DNA of 64,000 nt from Candidatus Omnitrophota bacterium. Lineage in GTDB: Bacteria; Omnitrophota; Gorgyraeia; JAHJTE01. The position numbers and the translations under genes were made by a program. Of the stretch, positions 42,849-52,909 are shown piece by piece; the first letter of the stretch is position 1; every line of letters starts with the position of its first letter. The stretch spans positions 321,332 through 385,331 of the forward strand of contig JAHJTE010000001.1 in assembly GCA_018830005.1 (NCBI GenBank), written 5' to 3'. A model generated the notes under the pieces. The model searched no databases. It was not told where the DNA came from and saw only the letters and a list, made by a program, of their open reading frames with translations.

Positions 42849-43757
42849 ATGAAACGCCTAAAGGATATTGGTGAATTTGGATTAATTGAACGTATAAGGA
42901 AGAGACTGAGGCCTTGTCCTGGTTGTATCAAGGGTATTGGTGATGATGCAGCTGTTTTGGTTTCCAAAAGAGAAGAATTTATGTTGCTGACCACTGATAG
43001 TCTTGTAGAAGGAGTTCATTTTAAAAAAGGCGATAATCCTAAGGCTATTGGCCGCAAGGCTATTTCTGTTTCTATCAGCGATATCGCGGCCATGGGCGGA
43101 GAACCTCAATACTGCACAACCTCTATTGGCGCACCTGGCGATATGTCCCTAAATAAAATTGATAATATTTTTTCTGGGATTCTGCAAAGGGCAAAGGAAT
43201 TTAAAGTTGCGATAGTAGGAGGCGATACTGTTCGATCAAAAAATTTAATAATTAATACTGCCCTGATTGGCAAGGTAGAAAGAAAGTCTCTAGTCACACG
43301 TGATGGAGCAAGGGTAAATGATATTATTTTCCTAAGCGGCAGAGTGGGTGGTTCATCTTGCCTCAAGCGCCATTTAAACTTCAGGCCACACTTGGAAGAA
43401 AGCAGGTTTCTAGTAAAAAATTTTCGGATTAATTCCATGATTGATTTATCAGATGGTCTGTTTAGCGATTTATGCAAACTCTGCAAGGAAAGTAATGTAG
43501 GAGCCGTAATCTATGAAGAGCTGATTCCGTTTAATAAAGACGTGAATCTTACCTCGGCCCTATATGAAGGAGAGGACTTTAAGCTTCTTTTTACTGTTGC
43601 GCCAGATATGGCTAAGAAGGTTTCTGCTATTTACGATTATAGATTTTTTCCCATTGGTCATATCCAAGACAAAAGATTTGGTCTGAAGTTAGTCGGAAAA
43701 GGCCCTAATAGAGAAGAGGTCAGTTTAGCTGATAAATCCTTCAAGCATTTTAGATGA
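42849..43757 (+). CDS. thiL: Thiamine-monophosphate kinase
   Basis: GEFGLI, GIGDDAA, SDIAAMGG, GGDT, DLSDGL. Confidence 0.92.
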   Translation: MKRLKDIGEFGLIERIRKRLRPCPGCIKGIGDDAAVLVSKREEFMLLTTDSLVEGVHFKKGDNPKAIGRKAISVSISDIAAMGGEPQYCTTSIGAPGDMSLNKIDNIFSGILQRAKEFKVAIVGGDTVRSKNLIINTALIGKVERKSLVTRDGARVNDIIFLSGRVGGSSCLKRHLNFRPHLEESRFLVKNFRINSMIDLSDGLFSDLCKLCKESNVGAVIYEELIPFNKDVNLTSALYEGEDFKLLFTVAPDMAKKVSAIYDYRFFPIGHIQDKRFGLKLVGKGPNREEVSLADKSFKHFR

Positions 43758-43765
43758 GTTGATCC

Positions 43766-44221
43766 ATGAAGATTATTACTACAACCTCACCTCGCAAGAC
43801 ATTCGACTTTGGTGTTTTTATTGCACATCAATTAAACAAGGGAGATATAATTTGTCTTTTTGGTCAACTAGGCAGTGGAAAGACGGTTCTTATTAAAGGC
43901 ATCGCCTCTGGTCTGGAGATTGCTAAAGATATTGTCAGTAGTCCTTCTTTTGTGCTTTTAAAGCAATACAAAGGCAGTATGGTCTTAAATCATTTTGATC
44001 TATTCCGATTAAAAAAAATAGAAGAGATTTTGGATTTAGGTTTTGAAGAATATGTTTACTCCAATGACATAAGCGTGATTGAGTGGGCAGAACGTTTAGG
44101 TGATTGCCTGCCGCAAGACTTTTTAGGAATAAAACTTACTATCCTTGGAGCTAATAAAAGAAGGCTTAGTCTTTTTGCAAACGGCGCACATTATAAGAGC
44201 TTGCTTAAGAATCTAAAATGA
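43766..44221 (+). CDS. tsaE: t6A biosynthesis ATPase
   Basis: GQLGSGKT, SSPSF, HFDLFR, IEW. Confidence 0.92.
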   Translation: MKIITTTSPRKTFDFGVFIAHQLNKGDIICLFGQLGSGKTVLIKGIASGLEIAKDIVSSPSFVLLKQYKGSMVLNHFDLFRLKKIEEILDLGFEEYVYSNDISVIEWAERLGDCLPQDFLGIKLTILGANKRRLSLFANGAHYKSLLKNLK

Positions 44222-44928
44222 ATATATTGGCAATTGAATCTTCTTCCCAGATTTTATCTGTAGCCTTAAGCTGTAAAGGTTCGCTTAGGTGTCAATTTAG
44301 AAGCTCAAGACAATTTAAGTCTGAACACATTACAGGCCTTATCAAAAAAAGCCTTGATGAGTCTGGATTGAAGATTTGCCAATTAGATTATATTGCTGTA
44401 GGCTTAGGGCCAGGTTCCTTTACAGGTTTGCGGGTAGGAATTGCTACAGCCCTAGGATTAGCTCAAGGGGCGGGTTTGGAAATTATTGGCATTGGAAGCC
44501 TGGATCTGATCGCTGCAAATGTTAGTGGTGTTGGAAATTCTGATATTTGTGCTATTGTTGATGCACGTAGAGATAATCTATATGCTGCTATATATCAGCG
44601 TCCAAAACATAAAAAGAGATTAGCCTTGAGGAAAAAGATGGATTATTCTCTTCTAAAATCAGAAGAATTATTAAAGAAAATAAATTCTCCCACCATTTTT
44701 GTTGGAGATGGCTTGGAAAATTTTAAAGAAAAGTTAGGAAAGAAAAAGTCAAGGATAGCATCTTTTGCATCGAAAAATTTATGGTTTCCCAGGGCGAGCG
44801 TTCTTTGCAATTTAGCCCTTGAGTCCCTAAAAAATAAAAGAAATATCAACAGGGATAGAAATAAATTGTTGCCGATTTATCTTTACCCTAAGGAGTGCCA
44901 GATTCGCAATGCAAAAGAAAAAAAATAA
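44218..44928 (+). CDS. tsaB: t6A biosynthesis protein
   Basis: ILAIESS, GPGSFTGLRVG, DARR. Confidence 0.92.
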   Translation: MNILAIESSSQILSVALSCKGSLRCQFRSSRQFKSEHITGLIKKSLDESGLKICQLDYIAVGLGPGSFTGLRVGIATALGLAQGAGLEIIGIGSLDLIAANVSGVGNSDICAIVDARRDNLYAAIYQRPKHKKRLALRKKMDYSLLKSEELLKKINSPTIFVGDGLENFKEKLGKKKSRIASFASKNLWFPRASVLCNLALESLKNKRNINRDRNKLLPIYLYPKECQIRNAKEKK

Positions 44929-46045
44929 ACAATTGCCTCCATTAGTCTGGGCAGATATTGAGCTTTCAAGTATTGCCAGAAATTATTCCTGCCTCAAAAG
45001 AACAATAGGGCGCAAAGGTAAGATTATGGCAGTTGTAAAGGCAGATGCTTATGGTCATGGACTTATTCCAGTGTCTTTGTGTTTGTCTCGGCTGGGTGCT
45101 GATTATTTGGCAGTGGCTTCGCTAGATGAGGCGTTGAGCTTAAGAGAGACTGGAATAAAAAAGGCGATTTTAGTGATTAACACTGTTGCTGATAATCAGC
45201 TGCAATATCTCATCAAACATGATATTACTGCGACAATCTCATCTCTGAGGCAGGCTAAAATTTTGAATGGTTTGGCCGCAGCTTTTAATAAAAATATAAA
45301 GGTGCATATTGAAATTGATACTGGAATGGGAAGGTGTGGCATTTGGTATAAACATGCTAGCAAGACAGTTAAGGACATTGTTAGTTTAGGGCGTATTGAT
45401 GCAGAAGGAATTTTTACACATTTTCCTTGCGCTGATAGCGATATATCTTTTACAAAAAAGCAGATTACTAATTTTAAAAATCTTCTAGAGGAGCTTAAGG
45501 CGGCAGGCATTTATTTTAAATTGATCCATACTGCAAATAGCGCAGGAATTGTTAATTTTGCTCCTGATTACTGCAATATGGTAAGACCTGGCCTAATGCT
45601 CTACGGTGCTAGCTGGGATAAGAAGCTTAGGAAGAAATTGAAGTTAGAGCCAGCGATGAGCTTTAAAACACGCATTGTGTTTTTAAAGAAGGTCTCTAAG
45701 GGCCGGTCTATAAGTTATGGCAGGACATACATTGCTAAATCTCCCCGTATTATTGCTACAATTGCCGCAGGCTATGCTGATGGTTATAATCGTCTTCTTT
45801 CTGAAAGAGGAGAAGTGCTTATTAGAGGAAAGCGCGCTAGGGTAATAGGGAGAGTTTGTATGGACAGCACAATGGTTGATGTAACTTCAATAAAGGCAGC
45901 TAAGGTTGGAGATGAGGTAGTTTTATTTGGTAGGAAAGGCAAACATCTATTGGCTGTAGAAGAGATTGCCTATCTCTGTAAAACCATACCTTATGAAATA
46001 TTCTGTAGTGTTTCTAAAAGAGTGAGGAGATTCTATAGAAAATGA
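44909..46045 (+). CDS. alr: Alanine racemase
   Basis: AVVKADAYGHG, DTGMGR, RPG, GYADG, GRVCMD, IPYE. Confidence 0.96.
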   Translation: MQKKKNKQLPPLVWADIELSSIARNYSCLKRTIGRKGKIMAVVKADAYGHGLIPVSLCLSRLGADYLAVASLDEALSLRETGIKKAILVINTVADNQLQYLIKHDITATISSLRQAKILNGLAAAFNKNIKVHIEIDTGMGRCGIWYKHASKTVKDIVSLGRIDAEGIFTHFPCADSDISFTKKQITNFKNLLEELKAAGIYFKLIHTANSAGIVNFAPDYCNMVRPGLMLYGASWDKKLRKKLKLEPAMSFKTRIVFLKKVSKGRSISYGRTYIAKSPRIIATIAAGYADGYNRLLSERGEVLIRGKRARVIGRVCMDSTMVDVTSIKAAKVGDEVVLFGRKGKHLLAVEEIAYLCKTIPYEIFCSVSKRVRRFYRK

Positions 46046-46051
46046 ATGACT

Positions 46052-46068
46052 CTGCTCGAAGAGAGCAG
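46052..46068. terminator. Hairpin between convergent alr and lptG
   Basis: CTGCTC-GAAGA-GAGCAG followed by TTT. Confidence 0.5.
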
Positions 46069-46069
46069 T

Positions 46070-47164
46070 TTAAGGCTGTCTTTTTATAAGCACTACCCCT
46101 ATCAGAAAGAATGCCGCATTAGCCAGCCAGGCAGCAACTAAAGCCGGTATAAATCCTTCCTTAGCAAAGGCAATACTCATTGAATTAATCACATAATAAA
46201 AGAATGCCAGGACAATTGATATCCCTAAACTTGAGGCGAGTTGACCTTTTCTCTTTATAGAAAGAGAAAAGGGTATGCTAATGAACATAAGTATAACCGC
46301 AGTCATGGGAGAAGAAAATCGACTCTTTATTTCTACATTGAAGTTTCTTAAGACAGCTTTTGCATTTGTGTGTTTTAACCTCTGGCGGTAGTCTCTAAGT
46401 TGTTTGACATTCATATAGGAAATCTTAAGTTGCTGTTTCCTTATGTCCTGAGGAGTATCTTCGAAATTCATCACCTTTGCCTTCATATATTCAGGTTCCC
46501 CTACAAGTTCATTGTTTAATCCGTATTTGTAGGTTATACAATCATATAAAATCCAGCGCCCATCTTTATATTCTCCAGAACCGGATACGATTTTGGCAGT
46601 AACGTTCTGATTCTCATCTTGTTCAAAGATGACAATTCCACTTAAAGTGTTATCCTTAGGGTCAAATAGACTTATAAAAAATAGTCTGTTATCCAGGCCA
46701 TAGATTGCAGCATTCCTAATAGGCTGGTCTGAGAGATGTTTATCTTTCATACCCATCTGTTTTACTTTTATTTCCAATAGTTTATATTGGGAGGCAGGCA
46801 GGATTCTCTCGCTGACGAAAAAGACGAGACAACTTATAGCCAATCCTGTAATTAGCACCACTCTTGTTATTTGCCAGATGCTTAGACCAGATGAGCGCAT
46901 GGCAATAATCTCATTAGTATTATTAAGACGCGAAAGCGTGTAGACCATAGCCAGAAGGGCAGCTACGGGTGCAATTTCAATAAAAATTTTCGGGGTAAAT
47001 GCAAGATAATATACTCGTAGTGTATCGAAATCGAGTTGATTTTTTATTATCTCATCAAGATTACTGAAAAGGTCAATAATGATATATAAAGAGAGGAATA
47101 TAGTGACTGTAGCGATAAAGGCGAGAATGAATAGTCCTACTAGATATTTATCTAAGATACGCAT
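46070..47164 (-). CDS. lptG: LPS export permease (LptG-like)
   Basis: MRILDKY, NEIIAMRSSG, 6 TM layout, AAWLAN. Confidence 0.8.
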   Translation of the reverse strand: MRILDKYLVGLFILAFIATVTIFLSLYIIIDLFSNLDEIIKNQLDFDTLRVYYLAFTPKIFIEIAPVAALLAMVYTLSRLNNTNEIIAMRSSGLSIWQITRVVLITGLAISCLVFFVSERILPASQYKLLEIKVKQMGMKDKHLSDQPIRNAAIYGLDNRLFFISLFDPKDNTLSGIVIFEQDENQNVTAKIVSGSGEYKDGRWILYDCITYKYGLNNELVGEPEYMKAKVMNFEDTPQDIRKQQLKISYMNVKQLRDYRQRLKHTNAKAVLRNFNVEIKSRFSSPMTAVILMFISIPFSLSIKRKGQLASSLGISIVLAFFYYVINSMSIAFAKEGFIPALVAAWLANAAFFLIGVVLIKRQP

Positions 47165-48240
47165 ATTCTAAAATTAAGAATTACACCCCAGGTTAAATAG
47201 ATAATGTCAGGTACCCACATAATAACTGGTGGCAGGAATAGTTGTGATACTATGGCCTGTGCTCCTAGGTGGAGAATGAAATAGAGAAGCGCTAAGAAGA
47301 AGGCGACTGCTATGCTACTTTTCTTTCTGTGGTGCCGACCCAAAGCAAGGGCAATAGGACAACCCAGTAAAGCAAAGATAAAAGGAGAAACAGAAAAGGC
47401 CATTCTTTTATGGATTTCAGTGATAAGAGGGTGGGCTTGGATCCCTATATCCTTTAGCTCTTCTGATTTAGAAAACAGCTCTGCAACGGTTAAATTTTTA
47501 GGTTTTATGTCTATCTCCCTGTTTTGTCCTGCCAGGTTTAAAGTCATGAAGAAAGTCCTAAATTGCAATTTATAGTAGTTTTCCGGGTTTGTTGGGTCTA
47601 TTTCATCGCTAGTACCGTTCATAAGCTTGAGTTTGATCTTCTTTTCATTTGGGAGGGAAATGAATTCACCCTTTTTTGCCACAATTGTTCTTGTGGGTTT
47701 GTCTTTTTGTGGCTCATATATACGTACCTTGTTTAGCTTGTTGCCATCTATATCGTAAATAAACAGAATATAGCGTTCGAAGGAATTAATGAATACGCCT
47801 GGCTCTAATGCTGCCGCAGGATTCTTAAGTCCGACTTCTGTAAGCGCCCTTTTTGAGGCTAGAAGCGTGCGGCTGATGATGCGGTCATTTAAAAGAAAAA
47901 GCACAAGACTTAAAATTACGCCCACAGTTACAAACGGTGCAATTAGATGCCAGAGGTTAACACCGCTTGTTCTTATGGCAAGAAGTTCATTATCAGATCC
48001 AAGTCGGACAAAGGTAAAGAGTATTCCGACAAGAAAAGCAACAGGCAGGGTATAGCTAGCAAGATATGGGATATAAAGTGCAAATAATTTAAATACCATT
48101 AGGATACTTACGCCTTTGTTGACGACCATATCAACTAATTTTATCAAGTTACCCATCAGCATCACAAAGGTAAGGATGAGCAGGGAGAGAATAAAGGGAG
48201 ATATGAATTCTTTTAAGAGATAGTTTCTAATAATTTTCAT
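47152..48240 (-). CDS. lptF: LPS export permease (LptF-like)
   Basis: MKIIRNYLLKE, DNELLAIRTSG, EIHKR; tandem with lptG. Confidence 0.8.
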   Translation of the reverse strand: MKIIRNYLLKEFISPFILSLLILTFVMLMGNLIKLVDMVVNKGVSILMVFKLFALYIPYLASYTLPVAFLVGILFTFVRLGSDNELLAIRTSGVNLWHLIAPFVTVGVILSLVLFLLNDRIISRTLLASKRALTEVGLKNPAAALEPGVFINSFERYILFIYDIDGNKLNKVRIYEPQKDKPTRTIVAKKGEFISLPNEKKIKLKLMNGTSDEIDPTNPENYYKLQFRTFFMTLNLAGQNREIDIKPKNLTVAELFSKSEELKDIGIQAHPLITEIHKRMAFSVSPFIFALLGCPIALALGRHHRKKSSIAVAFFLALLYFILHLGAQAIVSQLFLPPVIMWVPDIIYLTWGVILNFRICVS

Positions 48241-48257
48241 CGATAATTATTTTTTAC

Positions 48258-48986
48258 TTAGAGTCGTGTTCTGGCAAGAGTTAATACATCCACGCGCCAA
48301 GCACCGTCTTGCTTTAGAGCATTAGCAATTTCAGAGACCGTTGAACCCGTTGTAAAAACATCATCAATAATCAATACCTTTTTATCTTTGAAGGCATCTT
48401 TGCAGCTTACCCTGAAGGCATCCTTGACATTGTTAAGGCGTTCCCTGACCTTAAGTTGAGCTTGTGGATGATACCTGTGCTTACTAGTTAATTTACCACA
48501 ACTTATTGGGATGTCAAAGTAAGATTGGATGTCTCCTGTTAAAATCTGACTGTGGTTAACGTCTCTTTGGCGTAATCGCGCAGGATGCATGGGAACAGGC
48601 AGAAGTAAATCATAATCTTGCATTGGCAAATGAGAGTCTTTTATGAACCGGGTTAAGATCGGAGTGAACAATTTTTTTAGTTTCAGCTTCAAATTATATT
48701 TGAAAAGATGAATCAATTTTTTAAGAGGCTCTTCATAAATACATGCACTCCAAGCACGGTCAAAGTGAAAATTTCTATTCTTACAAGCAGGACAACTTTT
48801 GTTATAGTCTAAATGCAATGTAAGGCCGCATCTTTTGCAGAAGATACCCCTGTTGTATTTGATTTTTTGATAGCAACATTGGCATATAAGATTTTCGCTT
48901 AAATCCGCCCTAAGCATTGTATTGCAAGAAAGACATTTTGCAGGGTATATTATATTTATGAGGGGTCTTAGTAAGCCTGTGGACAT
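48258..48986 (-). CDS. comF: ComF-family protein (zinc ribbon plus PRTase domain)
   Basis: Multiple CxxC, VPMH, IDDVFTTGST; ATG at 48986 preferred because the TTG at 49061 lies within a -35 box. Confidence 0.85.
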   Translation of the reverse strand: MSTGLLRPLINIIYPAKCLSCNTMLRADLSENLICQCCYQKIKYNRGIFCKRCGLTLHLDYNKSCPACKNRNFHFDRAWSACIYEEPLKKLIHLFKYNLKLKLKKLFTPILTRFIKDSHLPMQDYDLLLPVPMHPARLRQRDVNHSQILTGDIQSYFDIPISCGKLTSKHRYHPQAQLKVRERLNNVKDAFRVSCKDAFKDKKVLIIDDVFTTGSTVSEIANALKQDGAWRVDVLTLARTRL

Positions 48987-49032
48987 ATTTTGATTTAAGT
49001 CCAATGTGCTAGCGAGCAAGAGGAACCCAAAT

Positions 49033-49061
49033 ATATTAGCATTCAAGACCTCATTTGTCAA
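49033..49061 (-). promoter_or_regulatory. Sigma70 promoter for comF-lptF-lptG
   Basis: TTGACA-N17-TAATAT on the minus strand. Confidence 0.6.
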
Positions 49062-49144
49062 TCAAACTAGTTTTTCCCAAATAAACCAGCCCTCAGTTTC
49101 TGGTTAGAGATGTCTTGATTACTTCAAAAGCTTGAGTCAAACCA

Positions 49145-49173
49145 TTGACAATTAAGTGAATTCTTAGTACAAT
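49145..49173 (+). promoter_or_regulatory. Sigma70 promoter for pyrE operon (divergent from comF)
   Basis: TTGACA-N17-TACAAT. Confidence 0.7.
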
Positions 49174-49198
49174 GAAAATGGTTTATTTTAAATTAATT

Positions 49199-49774
49199 AT
49201 GTCCCAAATAGAAGATTTAAATACATATCGAAAGAAGCTTTTTACTCTTATAGCGAAAGATGCTTACCATAAGCAGGCAATTATTTTATCCAGCGGTAAG
49301 AAAAGCCCCTATTATATTGATGCTAGGGTAGTTACGTTAAGTCCTGAAGGCGCCTATTATGTTTCTTGTCTTATTCTTTCTATGCTTAAGGATATGCCTG
49401 GCATAAAGGCTATTGGCGGTCCGACAATTGGCGCTGATCCTATTGTAGGAGCAATTGCAGCAGTAAGTTTTCAAGAAGAGACACCTCTCAAGACCTTTAT
49501 TATTCGTAAATCTAAAAAGGCCTATGGTAAGCGCAGGCAGATCGAAGGTCCAGATATCGAATCCGGAAGTTCTGTAGTTATTGTGGATGATGTTGCTACA
49601 ACCGGTTCATCATTAGTAGAGTCAGTAAAGATTTTGCAAGATTCTTCGCTTATCGTTAAAGCAGCAATTGTAATTGTAGATAGAGAAGAAGGGGCAGGAG
49701 AAAATCTTGCGCAGTTTAATGTCCCTTTGAAGTCGCTTTTTAAAGGAAACGATTTTTTAAACCTCCATGCTTGA
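49199..49774 (+). CDS. pyrE: Orotate phosphoribosyltransferase
   Basis: LSSGKKSPYYID, GADP, IRK, VDDVATTG, VDR; ATG at 49172 overlaps the -10 box so a downstream start (49178 or 49199) is likelier. Confidence 0.9.
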   Translation: MSQIEDLNTYRKKLFTLIAKDAYHKQAIILSSGKKSPYYIDARVVTLSPEGAYYVSCLILSMLKDMPGIKAIGGPTIGADPIVGAIAAVSFQEETPLKTFIIRKSKKAYGKRRQIEGPDIESGSSVVIVDDVATTGSSLVESVKILQDSSLIVKAAIVIVDREEGAGENLAQFNVPLKSLFKGNDFLNLHA

Positions 49775-51116
49775 ACGAAGATTAATTCTCGCATCAGTTT
49801 CTTCTGCGAGAAGAAGTTTATTAGAAAATATCGGTCTTAAGGTAAAGGTATCGTTCTCAGGTATTAGAGAATCAAGAAGACTCAAAAATGGGCCGGCGCA
49901 ACTTGTGAAAGATAATGCCGCGAAAAAGGCTATAGCAGTTGCCAGGCAGGTTAAGAATGCTGTTGTTATCGGGGCTGATACAGTAGTTGTTGTGAGAGGA
50001 AAATTATTTGGAAAACCTAAGGGTTTTTCTGGTGGCGTGTCAATGCTAACTAAGCTCTCGCGTTCGCCCCACTATGTATATACAGGACTGGCAGTTTTAG
50101 ATAAGAGAGAAGATTCATACAAAATTGTTCAAGATTACGAAAAGACAAAGGTCTGGATGAAGACCTTGACGCGTCAAGAAATTGCAAGATATCTTAAGGC
50201 CTCAAAGGCCTTTAACAAAGCAGGCAGTTTTGATATACAAGCCAGAGGCGCTTTATTTATCGAACGCATTGAAGGTTGTTTTTATAATGTAGTAGGCCTG
50301 CCTCTTGCAAAGCTGCATGAGCTCTTTAAAAAACTAAATATCGACATATTAATTTTGTTAATAATGAGTTCATTCCTGCTAATGGGCTGTGCTACTGAAT
50401 ATAATGTTGTTACACAAGAGCAAGATATAATTTTCTATGATACTGAAAAAGAGGTAAATATTGGCAGAAATGCCTCAAATCAGGTCGAGACGCAATTTAA
50501 GTTAGTTGCCGATCCCCAGTTACAACTTCGCATTAACAGGCTAGGAGAGAAGATAGTAGAGGTTTGTGATCGCAAAAATTTAACTTATCGCTTTTCAATT
50601 CTTGACGAGGATTCAATCAATGCCTTTGCTCTTCCAGGAGGTTTTATCTACGTAAATCAAGGGCTTATTGATTTTGTCAAGAGCGATGATGAATTAGCAG
50701 GTGTCTTAGCCCATGAGATTGCACACGTTGTAGCCAAGCATAGTATTAAGCGTCTGCAGGCCTCTATGGGCTTAAATCTATTGAGAATTGCTACCATTGT
50801 TGCGGGAGATGCTAAGGCGCTGCAAAGTACGGATATTGCAGCTACCTTTGTACAGAGCGCATATTCACGTGATGACGAATTATTGGCAGATGCAATAGCA
50901 GCCAGATACATGCGCAATGCAGGTTTTAACCCGACTGCACTTCTGTCATTTTTAGAAAGATTAAAAGAAAAAAAACACAATGAGCCGCTAAGACGGGGCG
51001 GGTCCTATGTTCGGACGCACCCGTATATATCTGAACGTATTAGTATTATTAAGCAAGAGCTGGGCGAGGAGTTAGACTTCGAGGATTACATAAATAGAAC
51101 GCATTCGGCTTGGTAA
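49767..51116 (+). CDS. Fusion of Maf nucleotide pyrophosphatase, internal lipobox and M48 metallopeptidase
   Basis: ILASVSSARR, GADTVV, KP, KAG, NVVGLP; LLMGC; NAFALPGG, HEIAH, THP. Confidence 0.85.
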   Translation: MLERRLILASVSSARRSLLENIGLKVKVSFSGIRESRRLKNGPAQLVKDNAAKKAIAVARQVKNAVVIGADTVVVVRGKLFGKPKGFSGGVSMLTKLSRSPHYVYTGLAVLDKREDSYKIVQDYEKTKVWMKTLTRQEIARYLKASKAFNKAGSFDIQARGALFIERIEGCFYNVVGLPLAKLHELFKKLNIDILILLIMSSFLLMGCATEYNVVTQEQDIIFYDTEKEVNIGRNASNQVETQFKLVADPQLQLRINRLGEKIVEVCDRKNLTYRFSILDEDSINAFALPGGFIYVNQGLIDFVKSDDELAGVLAHEIAHVVAKHSIKRLQASMGLNLLRIATIVAGDAKALQSTDIAATFVQSAYSRDDELLADAIAARYMRNAGFNPTALLSFLERLKEKKHNEPLRRGGSYVRTHPYISERISIIKQELGEELDFEDYINRTHSAW

Positions 51117-51152
51117 TAACAATATTTTTTTAAATTCTATAGGAGAGAAAAC

Positions 51153-52682
51153 ATGATAAGTGAATCTAGAAAGTTACAGTTTGCAATTCGTGTGCTGGTA
51201 ATTTTCTCTTTCGTTTTTTTGAGTCTTTCAGTCAGTTCTTCTTTTGCGGAAGGAATTTTTGGCAGAAACAGAACAAAGGCTTCTATAGAGAAAAAAATTA
51301 AGGAGGCACGTAAGAAGCTTGATGCAGAGCGTTACAAGCTAAGGCTGGAGGAGGCAAAGAGATATTTAGAAAATGGCGATCGCTATCATGCACAAGGTAA
51401 AACCTCTGAGGCATTAGGAGAGTGGTTTACAGCCTTGGCCTTAATTGAGATTCTTAAAGATGCCGAGTTTGATTCTGTGGATGATGCCAGAGCAGTATTA
51501 GAAAGAGAAGTCAAGGATAGGCTTAAGGTTGATAAGTCTAGTAAGTCAATTAAAGACCGCAGGCGTCTAAAAAAGATGGATGATATTGTAGATAGGATTT
51601 TAAAGGAACAGAAAACTGAAGCGATGGCTAGAGAGGAAATACAAAAGAAAGAGCCTGTAGAAGAGAAGGAAGAGGCAAAAAAGATAGCCAAGGAGATTGT
51701 ACCAGAGGAGAAAGAGGGGCCTTCTTTAGAAGACTTAGAGGTAATGAAAGAAAATCGTCAGATGGTTGAGGAGATTATTTCTGCGCAGCTTGCTAGAGCA
51801 AGAGAAGAGAAGATGGCAAAAGAAGAGGAGAAAGAGGCGCAAGATGTTGAAAAATTCCTGACAGGAACAATCATCGTTCAGCAGGGGTCAATCACAGAAC
51901 AGGAGAAAAAGGCCTTGTTGTCCCAGGAGGATAGTGTTACTAAGCGTAAAATAGATGTGCATGTCAGCAGTGAGAGAATTAAAGAGCAAATACTAAAGGA
52001 AGAGAATGCCCAAAAAGCGCGCTCGGAGGCTAAAGAGAAAGCATCTCAAAGTAGGCTTAAGAAGCAAGAGCGCATCCAGGAGGCCAAAGATAGATTAGAG
52101 CAGCAGAGAAAAGCGCGCCAAGAAAGATTAGAAAGGCGCAAGGCATTGTCTGAAGAAAGAAGTAGAAAGCGCTTGGAGGCAGCATTAGTGGAAAAGGATA
52201 AGGCATCAAAGCGTAAAATGGAAGCCCGCCTGAATAGTGAAATGGCCCTTCAGGAAAAGGAGAATCTAAAACTTAAAGATCAGCTTGAGAAGAAACAAAA
52301 GAGCGTATTCAAAGAATATCAACGCCAAGATAAGTTGGATATGGGCTTTAAAAAGAAGGCAGAGTCTTTAACGCATGAGGATATAGACTTAGAGGGTAAG
52401 CAGCGCAAAGATTTAAAAGCAAAGATAGAGAAAAGAGAAGAAAAGGATCTTAGTCTTTTGCAGAAAAAGCGCAAAAAAGATGCTAAGCGCCAATTAAAGC
52501 AGTTAGAAAGCGAACAAAAAAGAATCGCAAGAAAAATTGAAGATGAATTTATAATGCAAGAGAAGACTCATCCTAAGTCCCATATCCTAGAAAGAAAACT
52601 TACTCCTTCTGAACAAGGGCCGGATAGGTTTGATCTAATTGATAGATTCTTAAGAAAAGTTGAAGGCCGTTCCTTGGATTAA
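51153..52682 (+). CDS. Hypothetical exported, highly charged coiled-coil protein
   Basis: Signal-peptide-like N-terminus (...SSFA-E), K/E/R-rich helical body, GGAG RBS. Confidence 0.7.
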   Translation: MISESRKLQFAIRVLVIFSFVFLSLSVSSSFAEGIFGRNRTKASIEKKIKEARKKLDAERYKLRLEEAKRYLENGDRYHAQGKTSEALGEWFTALALIEILKDAEFDSVDDARAVLEREVKDRLKVDKSSKSIKDRRRLKKMDDIVDRILKEQKTEAMAREEIQKKEPVEEKEEAKKIAKEIVPEEKEGPSLEDLEVMKENRQMVEEIISAQLARAREEKMAKEEEKEAQDVEKFLTGTIIVQQGSITEQEKKALLSQEDSVTKRKIDVHVSSERIKEQILKEENAQKARSEAKEKASQSRLKKQERIQEAKDRLEQQRKARQERLERRKALSEERSRKRLEAALVEKDKASKRKMEARLNSEMALQEKENLKLKDQLEKKQKSVFKEYQRQDKLDMGFKKKAESLTHEDIDLEGKQRKDLKAKIEKREEKDLSLLQKKRKKDAKRQLKQLESEQKRIARKIEDEFIMQEKTHPKSHILERKLTPSEQGPDRFDLIDRFLRKVEGRSLD

Positions 52683-52712
52683 ATTTAGATAAGCTGATCT
52701 GAAGAAAATTCT

Positions 52713-52799
52713 TGGTGCCGGGGGGGGGATTTGAACCCCCAAGGCCGTAAGGCCATATGCTCCTGAAGCATACGTGTCTGCCAGTTTCACCACCTCGGC
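52713..52799 (-). tRNA. tRNA-Leu(CAG)
   Basis: GCCGAGG acceptor, D arm TGGTGAAACTGGCAGACAC, anticodon arm TATGC-TTCAGGA-GCATA, long variable arm GGCC-TTAC-GGCC, T loop TTCAAAT, encoded CCA. Confidence 0.95.
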
Positions 52800-52810
52800 A
52801 AGATTCTAAA

Positions 52811-52840
52811 AGTATAGCCTAAAACAAGCTAATTTGTCAA
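52811..52840 (-). promoter_or_regulatory. Promoter for tRNA-Leu
   Basis: TTGACA-N18-TATACT on the minus strand, 11 nt upstream of tRNA G1. Confidence 0.65.
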
Positions 52841-52909
52841 CTTATAAGAAAAACTTCTGATAGGAAGATTTCTTTCGGCCGTCTAGAACAGGAGTATTGA
52901 GGCAGGAAT

